From assembly GCA_050287845.1 (NCBI GenBank), contig JBNKCR010000055.1, positions 32,001-96,000 of the forward strand: 64,000 nucleotides of DNA. Direction: 5' to 3'. A program made the position numbers and the translations under genes. The notes beneath the pieces are model-generated. The model did no database searches, was not told the origin of the DNA, and saw only the letters and a program-made list of their open reading frames with translations. Shown here piece after piece: positions 37,801 to 47,347 of the stretch. Source of the stretch: Polyangia bacterium (lineage in GTDB: Bacteria; Myxococcota_A; Polyangia; JAAYKL01). Position 1 is the first letter of the stretch. Every line of letters begins with the position of its first letter.

Positions 37801-39361
37801 ATACAGCTCTCCTGAAATAATCAATTCCCACGCGGCTCACACACTGAGTGAGGTATTCGTTGTCCCTGCGCACCATCAGAAATGCATCCAGAACCAGGGT
37901 TACCACTTCTTCACAATCAGAAAGTTTAAACTCTCCGAGCTTCTGGCCGAATGCGGTCTGCGAGCCGCCAAGCAACACCTCATACCCTTCCACTGACCCT
38001 TCTTCCTCGCGAATCCGCATGCCGCGAAATCCAATATCCGCAATCCGGTATGGCGAACAGGAGTTGGGACAGCCGGTAATATTCACAATGCCGTTGGAAA
38101 GGATGCCCCGATACTTCTCCCTGGAAACCAGCGCGTGAATCTTATCAAAGAGCACCCGGGTCTCCGTCACCGCCTTGGGGCAATAGGTGGTGCCCACGCA
38201 GGTGACGATATCCCGAAGGGTGAAACTTCCGTCGGTCTCATACCCCAGCGCATGGATAGCCTTTTTCAACGGCACCACATCACCGGCAGCCACACCGTGG
38301 AACTCGATATTCTGCCGATTTGTGGTATACAGACGCTGATCTGCGTACTGCTCAGACAACCCGGCTAATTCAAAAAGTCTGCGAAAAGGCAGTTCCCCTT
38401 TGGGCACAATCACCCGAACGGTAAAAAGCCCATCGGTACCTTCCGGGGTATCATGAAGCAGTGGCCGTTCCTCATAGGGCACGCCTTCATCTGTCACAGC
38501 GTCCACCACAAAACCGTCGATGGACTTGCCTTCGGATTTCAGATTTTCAACAACCACGTCCCGGCAAAAATCAATACCTTTTCGCTCCACCACAAACTTG
38601 AGTCTCGACTTCGCCCGGTTGAACCGATCACCGTTTTCCCGAAACAGTATGGCCACAGCACGACACACATCCACAGCGCTCGCCTCCGGAATGAACCCGA
38701 ACAACGGCTTGGCCACAAATGCCTTCCAGCCCATCCCACCGCCAATCACCACTTTGAATCCGGGCTTTCCCTGATATGTCACACCACTTAGCCCGACACA
38801 ATTGATGTGCGGTTGTGCGCAATCCGCACCACATCCCGAGAAATTAATTTTAAATTTGCGGGGCAAATCGTCGAGGTCCCTCGCTGCGCCAAGAACATCT
38901 GAGGTCTTTCTGGCCCACTTTCGCGCATTCAAACGACGAGACGGACAGGTTTCCGCCAGTGGACAGGCGGTCACATTGCGGGTCACGTCCCCACAACCGT
39001 GTCGCGTGGAGTTATTGTACGCTGCCAGATCCCGCATCACATCCGAAAGATTGGGCAGCTTCAGCCAGTGAAACTGCAATGCCTGCCTGGTTGTCACGTT
39101 CACAATCCCCTGACCGTACTTCTCAGCCACCTGGGCAATATTCTTTGCCTGCTCGCTGGTCACCACGCCACCGGGAATAACAATTCGCGCCATATGATTC
39201 CCCGGTTGCCGGCTCTTGTAAATACCGTACCATTTCGCGATACTGGCGTCCGCGGCAGACATCGCCCCCTTCTTGCCAAGTTCATCGAAATCGAGGTACA
39301 TCCCCGATGCTTTGATATCTTCATCTTCGCTTCGCGGTCGAAACGTTAAATTTTTCGGCAT
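37787..39361 (-). CDS. sir: Siroheme sulfite (or nitrite) reductase hemoprotein
   Basis: TTRQALQFH, CGDVTRNV, LPRKFKI, RAKSRLKF, CVGTTYC, TGCPNSC; between cysK and cysH. Confidence 0.9.
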   Translation of the reverse strand: MPKNLTFRPRSEDEDIKASGMYLDFDELGKKGAMSAADASIAKWYGIYKSRQPGNHMARIVIPGGVVTSEQAKNIAQVAEKYGQGIVNVTTRQALQFHWLKLPNLSDVMRDLAAYNNSTRHGCGDVTRNVTACPLAETCPSRRLNARKWARKTSDVLGAARDLDDLPRKFKINFSGCGADCAQPHINCVGLSGVTYQGKPGFKVVIGGGMGWKAFVAKPLFGFIPEASAVDVCRAVAILFRENGDRFNRAKSRLKFVVERKGIDFCRDVVVENLKSEGKSIDGFVVDAVTDEGVPYEERPLLHDTPEGTDGLFTVRVIVPKGELPFRRLFELAGLSEQYADQRLYTTNRQNIEFHGVAAGDVVPLKKAIHALGYETDGSFTLRDIVTCVGTTYCPKAVTETRVLFDKIHALVSREKYRGILSNGIVNITGCPNSCSPYRIADIGFRGMRIREEEGSVEGYEVLLGGSQTAFGQKLGEFKLSDCEEVVTLVLDAFLMVRRDNEYLTQCVSRVGIDYFRRAVYGEV

Positions 39362-39377
39362 ATGTACTGGTTTCCTT

Positions 39378-40301
39378 TCAGTCCTCGTAGAAAAGAAGCG
39401 TCGATGCGTAGCGTTCACTGGTATCGGGAAACACAGTGACAATCGTCTTTCCGGCAAATTCGGGCCGTACAGAGACTTCAATCGCGGCTTTGGCTGCAGC
39501 CCCGGAGGAAATCCCCACCAGCAGACATTCCTCTCTGGAAATCTGTTTTGCGGTGGCAATCGCATCGGCACTACTGACTTTCACAGCTTCGTCCACCACA
39601 TTCATATCCAGGTTTTTTGGTAAAAAGCCCGCACCGATTCCCTGAATCATGTGGGGTCCGGCCGGTTCCCCCGAAATAACCGCGGACTCCGCAGGTTCCA
39701 CCGCGATCACTTTCAGCTGCGGATTCTTTTCCTTCAGATATTTGCCTGCGCCGGAAATAGTCCCCCCCGTTCCAACCCCCACCACCAGAACATCCACCTG
39801 ACCACCGGTTGCCTTCCAGATTTCCGGTCCAGTCGTTTTATAGTGAATCCTCGGGTTGGCCGGATTCTCGAACTGCTTTGGCATGTAGCCACCAAGCTCT
39901 TCCACCAGCTTCGTCGCTTCTGAAATAGCGCCGAGCATCCCTCCCCGCGCCTCGGTCAACACAATTTCTGCACCCAGTGACCGCAACATTTTCCGACGCT
40001 CCAGACTCATGGATTCCGGCATAGTGAGCACCACCTTGTAGCCTTTCAATCTGCCAACCATTGCAAGACCAATACCGGTATTCCCCGAAGTTGGCTCCAC
40101 AATGGTCATGCCCGGCGTAAGGCCGCCATATTTCTCGGCTTCCTCTATCATGGAAAGCGCGATCCGGTCTTTCACGGATGATCCCGGATTGAACATTTCC
40201 AGCTTTGCAAAAATAATTACATCCTCAGGAACAATACGCTTCAATGCCACCATTGGCGTGCTCCCAATCAGACCTGTTATATTCGTCAATTTTGCTCGCA
40301 T
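39378..40301 (-). CDS. cysK: Cysteine synthase A
   Basis: NPGSSVKDR, EPTSGNTG, GVGTGGT, HMIQGIG, GISSGA. Confidence 0.97.
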   Translation of the reverse strand: MRAKLTNITGLIGSTPMVALKRIVPEDVIIFAKLEMFNPGSSVKDRIALSMIEEAEKYGGLTPGMTIVEPTSGNTGIGLAMVGRLKGYKVVLTMPESMSLERRKMLRSLGAEIVLTEARGGMLGAISEATKLVEELGGYMPKQFENPANPRIHYKTTGPEIWKATGGQVDVLVVGVGTGGTISGAGKYLKEKNPQLKVIAVEPAESAVISGEPAGPHMIQGIGAGFLPKNLDMNVVDEAVKVSSADAIATAKQISREECLLVGISSGAAAKAAIEVSVRPEFAGKTIVTVFPDTSERYASTLLFYED

Positions 40302-40486
40302 CTGACTTCCCTGTTATTGAGTTTTCCAGTTACTATTACTCCTATTTAAGTATTTATATACCCCTTTGCTGATAAGTAAAGGAGCATTTAAAAAAAACCG
40401 ATACATCAATTCTGGATATACCCCCCGAATCCACACATACACCGCGCTGTCACATTTGGCCCCGGTAAAACACGTATCTCAGGAAT

Positions 40487-40843
40487 TCAGCCTCCGGACT
40501 TAAATATAATAATGTAAGAATTCAGCGCCTTTTCAATGGGCACAACATGATTGGCGGATACATTTTTCTCAAACAACGGATACCAGGGTTCATTCTGAAC
40601 CAGCGAGCTGGAACGTATAACTTCGGGAACAAATAGATCTATGGCCAGATATTTTACTCCCAATGCTTTCCGCTCTGGACCAAACGTGCAACCACGCCAG
40701 TCTTCGGTAAAATACAGGCCATTGTGTATCGCACCTCCATACAATGACACACCCCATTTACCATCCACCGGATGTGGTTGGCGCGCCAGCACCTTTGCTG
40801 CCATATCGCCTTCTGTCTGTTTCGGTCGTTCGGTAACCGTTCA
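40487..40843 (-). pseudogene. Probable C-terminal fragment of a longer gene
   Basis: Protein-like ORF (YGGAIHN...FGP...YLAIDLFVPEVI...W) with an in-frame TGA just upstream and no convincing N-terminus. Confidence 0.4.
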
Positions 40844-41026
40844 CTGGTCCCAGCAGGCAAAGCGCGGTAAATGCCAACAGGGGACGCTCCATGGGGGAGG
40901 TTGGCTGCATTCGATACACCCACTTTCTCTGATTCGCTTGTTGCTCGCTATCCACAGGCGGACTGCAATAACATCCCCAGTAACCATCCTGTTAAAAAAT
41001 TATGCGGATAGACCCCATTATTGAAC

Positions 41027-41437
41027 TTATACCTGCCTGCGCAACCATGCCATCGCAAACTCGGGGTCTTTGTGGTAAGTCGCAATGACCCCGCGTCTTT
41101 CATACTCCTGTACCATTTTTTCGATATTCATCTTTCCAGTCACTCTTTCCGGCAGCACCATGGCCCAGTATTTCCACCCTGAGGCCAGCATCCTTGGCTG
41201 CCAGAATTTATCGCCCCATTCCTTGTCCGCAGGCAGTACGGCACCGAACTTCCGGTCATCGGATAACCATTTGGTGCACTTGTTTTTCTCGAAAGCCTCA
41301 AGACTGGTCGTCAACATTCCTCTGAAGATTTCGCCATAACAGTACTTGTGAAACTGGTGGTAAATAATGCCATCAACCGGATAGCACCAGACCGTAACAT
41401 ATTCGTTATCAATAATAATCGTCCTTGAATCAGACAT
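41027..41437 (-). CDS. Hypothetical protein (SpoIIAA/STAS-like fold candidate)
   Basis: AAGGAG RBS; KWLSDDR, W...W.PR...GWKYWAMVLP, AMAWL. Confidence 0.7.
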   Translation of the reverse strand: MSDSRTIIIDNEYVTVWCYPVDGIIYHQFHKYCYGEIFRGMLTTSLEAFEKNKCTKWLSDDRKFGAVLPADKEWGDKFWQPRMLASGWKYWAMVLPERVTGKMNIEKMVQEYERRGVIATYHKDPEFAMAWLRRQV

Positions 41438-41734
41438 CAACTGCTCCTTCCATTTAAACACATCGCAACGCGATTACTTTGCCTTTAATATTTTATATAC
41501 CAATTATTGTGGGCGAATGAAAAATTTTGAAGTATCTGTCGGTTCATTTGACAGCCGAAGTATAAAACACCCGTTCTACTGCAACCATCACCACTGATCC
41601 ACGAAACGGCTTGTGCCCGATTTTTTTTAAAATTATGGCATATGAGAGTAAATACAGTATGAATAAATTGTGATTTATTTTATACAGCTGTCTGGGGATG
41701 GATTGGAAATGGACCGTATACGCAGGTATGACAC

Positions 41735-44700
41735 GTGATTTTTGGTAGATATCAATTACTTGAACTTCTTGGCACTGGTGGCATGGCCGAGGTTTTCAGA
41801 GCCAAATCCTATGGAGTGGAAGGATTCGAGAAACTCCTGGTCATCAAGAGAATCCTTCCCAGATACTCCGACAATGAAGAGTTTGTGGAAATGTTCGTCA
41901 ACGAAGCCAAAATCGCTGTTTCGTTGAACCATGCCAACATTGTGCAGATTTATGATCTTGGGAAGGCCGGAGATTCCTATTTCATGGCCATGGAATACGT
42001 CCAGGGCATGGACCTGGGGCAAATAATCCGATGGAGCACAGCGGTTGGCAAACCCTTCCCCCTGGAAACCGCCATTCATATTATCTGCGAAGTGGCCAAG
42101 GGGCTGGATTACGCTCATCGGAAAAAAGACCAGGATTTCAATCCTCTGAATATTATCCACCGCGATATCAGCCCCCAGAATATTCTCATTTCCAATGAGG
42201 GCGAAGTGAAAATCACGGATTTCGGGATTGCAAAAGCCCTCAACATCGTGGACGTCGGTGAAGATGGCCCTATTAAGGGTAAGTTTGCCTATATGGCGCC
42301 CGAGCAGGCCATCGCAGCACCGCACGACCGACGAGTTGATATTTTTTCAACCGGCGTTGTCTTCTACGAGCTGTTGACGGGCATCAATCCGCTCAGAGAT
42401 CGCACACCGGCAGAGATTCTCAAAATCATCCAGAACGGTGAGTTTCCCAACTGTCAGGTGCCGTGTTGTGGTAACCTGGATAGCATCCCTGTAGATCTGG
42501 AACCCATTCTACGCCGGGCATTGGCCCCAAACCCCGATGACCGATACATTTCGGCGGCAGAACTATACGAAGCGTTATTGACATTCGGATATGTCGAAGG
42601 GCTTCGCGCCGGGGCATCCTCCCTTGCGGAGTTTATCGATCCTCTGGTGGAAGAACAGGGGCTGAATACCAATATCACACAATTGCCATCCATCGCCCCC
42701 AGGGGCGCGTCCAGCAGTCCACTGCGAAACACTGATACAAATATCACATCGGTGCGGGACCCCTCCGATACCGATCTCGCCCAGTTCGAGGACAAAAACA
42801 CCATTCAGTTAACCGCTGCGGTCCGGGAAGTAGCTCTCCTCGCGTATTCCTGGGAGTCGAAGGGATTCGATTCGCGGAAATTGCAGAAAATCGTCGAATC
42901 ATACGGTGCAGTGATCCTTGAAAAAGACGAAACTCGGCTGACGTTTGGCTTTGGTATATCGGTAGCATCGGATGCGCTGCATACCGCCGCCAGATCGGCA
43001 TGTGAAGTGTCGAAGGCCATTCGCAGCGACCATGCGTTCAGAGCCGCCGGCACCTTTGGCATCGGCATGCATCTCGCATCGCTGGCCGTGGAATTCAATG
43101 GCACGGTCAGACTGAATCCCGAGTATCAGTTGGCGGTGGAACGATGCAATGCGCTAACGGAAATTCGGGCCAACGCCATTCTGTTTTATTCGTTGTTACT
43201 GCCGCTGCTCAACAGATGGTTCAAAAGCAACGCCTTTCCCCATAAAGTTCACACCAGCCTCTTTCAGCTTCTGGCACCGGAGGACAACACACCTCCATTG
43301 ACCAAACTGATTGGAAGACGCCAGGATTTAATGCTGATAGGAGAACTCCTTGCCGGTGTGAGCGAAGGCAGGGGCCGTGTGCTGGGCCTTCTGGGTGCTG
43401 CAGGAGTTGGAAAGACGCGCCTGCTTCATGAGGTAAAACGGCGTCTGACAAGCGCCGGTCATAATTTTGACTGGTATGAAACCACCTGCTCGCCATGGAA
43501 AAAGAAAAAAAACCATTCCACACTGCAAATGCTGCTTCGAAACATGATTGGCGCAGCCGACGGCGATAGCGTTGAGGTGGTTCAACAGAAGCTCATTTGC
43601 TTCAATCAATTCGGTCTCCCTCCCCATGAAGTGTCTGCTCTGGGCAAATTTGTCCTGACCGGTCAGGGAGAAAACGCGCACGTCCTCAAGTCGGCGTTTA
43701 TCCGAATCATCCGACAAAGCGCAAAAAAATCACTCATTATCGTGGCCATTGACCATCTGACGGCGGTGGACGACGAATCACTGGATATTATCCATGCGCT
43801 GTCCCACAACATTTCTGACGTACCTGTATTGCTGACAGTGGCTATCCGGTTGGGATACACCCATGGGTTTGAGGGCAGCCCCATCTATACACAGTGCGAT
43901 GTGGAGCCGCTTACTGACAGCGAAATGGAACAGTTGGTCCAGGCCATTGTGCCGGGGCCATCGGAACGCCTGATTCGGGATATCCTGAATGTGAGTGCCA
44001 ACCTTCCCCTGTTTGCAGAAGAAACCATTCACGAGGCGCGTGCACTGGGGTCATTGAAGGTCAACGATGCCGACAGTATCTATATTCCCAGAGAGTTCCA
44101 CTGCCCCATGCGCATTCGCAACCTGATTGCATCTGAACTCCTCGCTCTCCCCAGGGATCGCCGAATCATTCTGCAGTTGGCCGGATGCCTCAGAGAAAAA
44201 ATCGAAACAGATGTTCTTTCCCTGTTGCTGAACAGGCCTGCGGTGGAGCTGACCCCCATTCTTCAGATGCTGGCCAGAATCCGAATTCTCACCGCGGTGG
44301 ATGAATCCACCTATCGATTTCCGTCGCGGTTCATTCAGGAGGCTGTTTACCGCAGTATCGAAAAACCGGAGCGTTTGCTCATTCACCGCACTGTCGCCCA
44401 GCGTATTGAGCAGGAGTTTCCCAAAGACCTCGAAAAATACGCCGAGCCACTGGCAGTGCACTATCTGAAAAGTGGTGCCCGCAAGGCCGCATTCGACTAC
44501 CTGATTGTGGCAGCGCGCAATGCGGCAGTCACTCTGGATCACGAAACCTCAGTGAAGTATTATCTGCTCGCCCTTGAACTGGCCATGAAGGGTATTGGCA
44601 ACGTATCGAGATACGACATTTTCGAACAACTGGCCTCCATCGCCCCGCAAACCAGCCTCGCCAACGCGGTATTGAAAAAAGCAATTCTTCTGAAATCCGA

Positions 44701-45598
44701 GATCGCAGCGGAAAACGATAATATAGATGATTTAGATGATATAGATGAAATTGACAATTCCTACGCATTGATGCTGGATGCCCAGGAGGCCATCCTGTGG
44801 GCGCATGTGGGCGAATACGAGGAAGCGGTGGCTCAGCTGCGCGACGTCATATCCCGCCAGGACGAAGCGGAAGCACAGCTTTCCGGACGATATCTGGCGG
44901 TCATTCTGTCCGAAATCGGCATCATTGGAGAGGCAACCAGCATTCTGGCAGAAATTGTCCAGGGGGCTTCATCCACCATGGATCCCTATGCCAACGCATA
45001 CCTGACCATCTGCCTTGCCCTGCGCGGGAATACGGAGGCGGCACTCGCCCGGATTGAAGCCCATAGTCCGTCCACCAGTGTGGCACCGATTGCACTTCTG
45101 TATCTGATTGCCGAGGGTCACTGCCTGTTTATGGGGCAGAAATACGAACTCGCACTGGAAGCATATACCACCGCCGCTCATTTCGCAGATGAACAGGCCA
45201 TGAAAAGGGAGACAGCGTTACTCCACTATCTGATGGCCACGTGCAATCTGGAACTCCTGGACTACAAAACAGCTTTCGACCATCTGCGGGAAGCCATTGG
45301 TATTTCTACTGAACTGCAATTTCAATGCCTCAAGGATCGCACTCAAATCGGGCTATGGTTCATTGATGCCGAAAAATTCGGCAGTGATGATGCGCTGAAT
45401 CAATTGTTGACCATGGAAATCAATCCGGCGGATGTGGAAACCCGGATTCTGAACAATTACTGTCTGGCACGCATATTCATCGGTCGGCGCAAGTTTTCAG
45501 AAGCGCAGGAAGTGCTTCAACGGGCACAGACCCTGATGAGCACGCATAAAAACCGATTCTACTACTCCCGCATCAAAGCAATCCAAAGCAGTCATTGA
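41735..45598 (+). CDS. Hanks-type Ser/Thr kinase fused to AAA/STAND ATPase and TPR-like region
   Basis: GTGGMAEV, VIKRI, HRDISPQN, DFG, YMAPE; Walker A GAAGVGKT; NLPLFAEE; helical C-terminus. Confidence 0.92.
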   Translation: MIFGRYQLLELLGTGGMAEVFRAKSYGVEGFEKLLVIKRILPRYSDNEEFVEMFVNEAKIAVSLNHANIVQIYDLGKAGDSYFMAMEYVQGMDLGQIIRWSTAVGKPFPLETAIHIICEVAKGLDYAHRKKDQDFNPLNIIHRDISPQNILISNEGEVKITDFGIAKALNIVDVGEDGPIKGKFAYMAPEQAIAAPHDRRVDIFSTGVVFYELLTGINPLRDRTPAEILKIIQNGEFPNCQVPCCGNLDSIPVDLEPILRRALAPNPDDRYISAAELYEALLTFGYVEGLRAGASSLAEFIDPLVEEQGLNTNITQLPSIAPRGASSSPLRNTDTNITSVRDPSDTDLAQFEDKNTIQLTAAVREVALLAYSWESKGFDSRKLQKIVESYGAVILEKDETRLTFGFGISVASDALHTAARSACEVSKAIRSDHAFRAAGTFGIGMHLASLAVEFNGTVRLNPEYQLAVERCNALTEIRANAILFYSLLLPLLNRWFKSNAFPHKVHTSLFQLLAPEDNTPPLTKLIGRRQDLMLIGELLAGVSEGRGRVLGLLGAAGVGKTRLLHEVKRRLTSAGHNFDWYETTCSPWKKKKNHSTLQMLLRNMIGAADGDSVEVVQQKLICFNQFGLPPHEVSALGKFVLTGQGENAHVLKSAFIRIIRQSAKKSLIIVAIDHLTAVDDESLDIIHALSHNISDVPVLLTVAIRLGYTHGFEGSPIYTQCDVEPLTDSEMEQLVQAIVPGPSERLIRDILNVSANLPLFAEETIHEARALGSLKVNDADSIYIPREFHCPMRIRNLIASELLALPRDRRIILQLAGCLREKIETDVLSLLLNRPAVELTPILQMLARIRILTAVDESTYRFPSRFIQEAVYRSIEKPERLLIHRTVAQRIEQEFPKDLEKYAEPLAVHYLKSGARKAAFDYLIVAARNAAVTLDHETSVKYYLLALELAMKGIGNVSRYDIFEQLASIAPQTSLANAVLKKAILLKSEIAAENDNIDDLDDIDEIDNSYALMLDAQEAILWAHVGEYEEAVAQLRDVISRQDEAEAQLSGRYLAVILSEIGIIGEATSILAEIVQGASSTMDPYANAYLTICLALRGNTEAALARIEAHSPSTSVAPIALLYLIAEGHCLFMGQKYELALEAYTTAAHFADEQAMKRETALLHYLMATCNLELLDYKTAFDHLREAIGISTELQFQCLKDRTQIGLWFIDAEKFGSDDALNQLLTMEINPADVETRILNNYCLARIFIGRRKFSEAQEVLQRAQTLMSTHKNRFYYSRIKAIQSSH

Positions 45599-45779
45599 AC
45601 ACATTTTCTGTGTATCTGTCCTTAATTCAGGGACACGCGACAACTAAAGTCCATAACAATGTTGATTATACTTGAAAATCAATGTCAAAAAAATTAGAGC
45701 TGTTTGGGCCAAAATCGAAAAACCTCCCGTAATTTAGAAGATTTTTTGATTTTCGAACTCATTTTCAGAGGATCTCGCG

Positions 45780-46361
45780 ATGAATATTTTAGTAATTGTT
45801 TTGCTGGCAATGCTCACTGAAAACTATGTGCTCTCCAAGTTTCTGGGGATCTGCCCCTTTCTCGGTGTTTCCAAAAAAATAGGCACAGCTGCCGGCATGG
45901 CAATGGCAGTGCTGTTCGTGATGCTGGTGGCATCTCTGCTCACGTACACGTTGAGCACATGGGTACTGATTCCCCTGGAAGTCACGTATCTGCAGACCAT
46001 TGTCTTCATTCTGGTAATTGCATCAACAGTGCAACTCACCGAAATGGCCATCCAGAAACTGTCCCCGTCACTCTATGAAGCCCTGGGAATATTCCTGCCG
46101 CTCATCACCACAAACTGTGCGGTACTGGGTCTGGCTGTTCTCAATATCGACAAAGGATACAACCTGGTAGAGGTGCTTTTCAATGCCATCGGGGCGGCCG
46201 CGGGATTCGCCATCGCCCTGCTTCTATTTGCGGGCTTGCGTGAGAAAATGGATACTGCCAATATTCCTGCGGCATTCAGGGGTGCGGCGATTGCATTTAT
46301 CACCGCAGGGATTCTCTCGTTGGCATTCATGGGCTTTTCCGGGCTGGCGCCGGCCAATTGA
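45780..46361 (+). CDS. rnfA: Rnf complex subunit A
   Basis: [34 protein letters not shown]. Confidence 0.96.
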   Translation: MNILVIVLLAMLTENYVLSKFLGICPFLGVSKKIGTAAGMAMAVLFVMLVASLLTYTLSTWVLIPLEVTYLQTIVFILVIASTVQLTEMAIQKLSPSLYEALGIFLPLITTNCAVLGLAVLNIDKGYNLVEVLFNAIGAAAGFAIALLLFAGLREKMDTANIPAAFRGAAIAFITAGILSLAFMGFSGLAPAN

Positions 46362-46372
46362 GGGAGGTATTG

Positions 46373-47347
46373 ATGGTAACAGCACTTTTAGTATTATGTG
46401 GCGTGGGACTTGTTATGGCTGGATTGCTGGCGGCGGGGCGTAAAGCATTTGCTGTGGAGGTCGACAAAAAATTTGAGATGCTGATGGACATCATGCCCGG
46501 CGCCAACTGCGGCGGTTGTGGATTTCCGGGATGCAGCGGGTACGCCAATGCGTTAGCTGAAGGTAAGGCGGTAGCAACAGCCTGTCCACCGGGCGGTGCC
46601 TCTTTTGCCGAGGAAATTGGTAGAATTCTTGGCATTGAGGTCCAGGCCACCGAACCCATGGTTGCGCTGGTTGCCTGTGCCGGCGGCGATGAAGCGTCCC
46701 CCAGACGCAGTCAATACGCCGGCATTGCCGACTGCAAAGCAGCCCATGCCGTGGCCGGTGGGTTCAAAGCCTGCACCTATGGTTGCCTGGGGTTGGGTTC
46801 ATGCATAAATGCCTGCTCGTTTGATGCAATCGTTAAAACAGATAACGGACTTGTTCGCGTGCTGCCTGACAAGTGCACCGGATGTAAGAAGTGCGTCGAA
46901 ACATGCCCGCGCGGCATTATTCAGATGGTTCCCAAAAAGGCGGAGGTTCACGTGCTCTGCACCAATCCACAGAAAGCCAAAGCCGTAAAAGCGGTCTGTG
47001 CGGTTGGCTGTACCGGATGTAAAATCTGCGTGAAGCAATCCCAGGCCATCAAGGTGGAAGACGCGCTGGCCGTTGTGGATTACAGCAGCGACAATGCATT
47101 GCCACCGTCCGCGGCAGTGGCCTGTCCTCAGGCGGCGATCTTCGATGCAAGAGAATATTCTCTTGCAAACTGGCTGGAAGACAAAAATACGCGGGTACAA
47201 TTCGAAGAACGCGCATCCGCATGGAAAGCGGAAGAAAAGAAAAAAAAGGCGGAAGCCAAAGCGAAACTCAAAGCCAAAGCGGAAGCGAATGCCGCCGCCC
47301 AGACGGATGGGACCAATTCTGATGCGAAAAAGGGAGCCGAGTCATGA
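46373..47347 (+). CDS. rnfB: Rnf complex subunit B
   Basis: PGANCGGCGFPGC, CPPGG, CLGLGSC, CTGCKKCVETCP; K/A-rich tail. Confidence 0.95.
   Translation: MVTALLVLCGVGLVMAGLLAAGRKAFAVEVDKKFEMLMDIMPGANCGGCGFPGCSGYANALAEGKAVATACPPGGASFAEEIGRILGIEVQATEPMVALVACAGGDEASPRRSQYAGIADCKAAHAVAGGFKACTYGCLGLGSCINACSFDAIVKTDNGLVRVLPDKCTGCKKCVETCPRGIIQMVPKKAEVHVLCTNPQKAKAVKAVCAVGCTGCKICVKQSQAIKVEDALAVVDYSSDNALPPSAAVACPQAAIFDAREYSLANWLEDKNTRVQFEERASAWKAEEKKKKAEAKAKLKAKAEANAAAQTDGTNSDAKKGAES

Noticed and set aside
40302..40486. SAM riboswitch or T-box upstream of cysK
   Set aside because: Core conserved motifs not found; region is short and AT-rich
45650..45690. FNR or Rex site upstream of rnfA
   Set aside because: TTGAT and ATCAA half-sites present but not at N4 spacing; no Rex consensus
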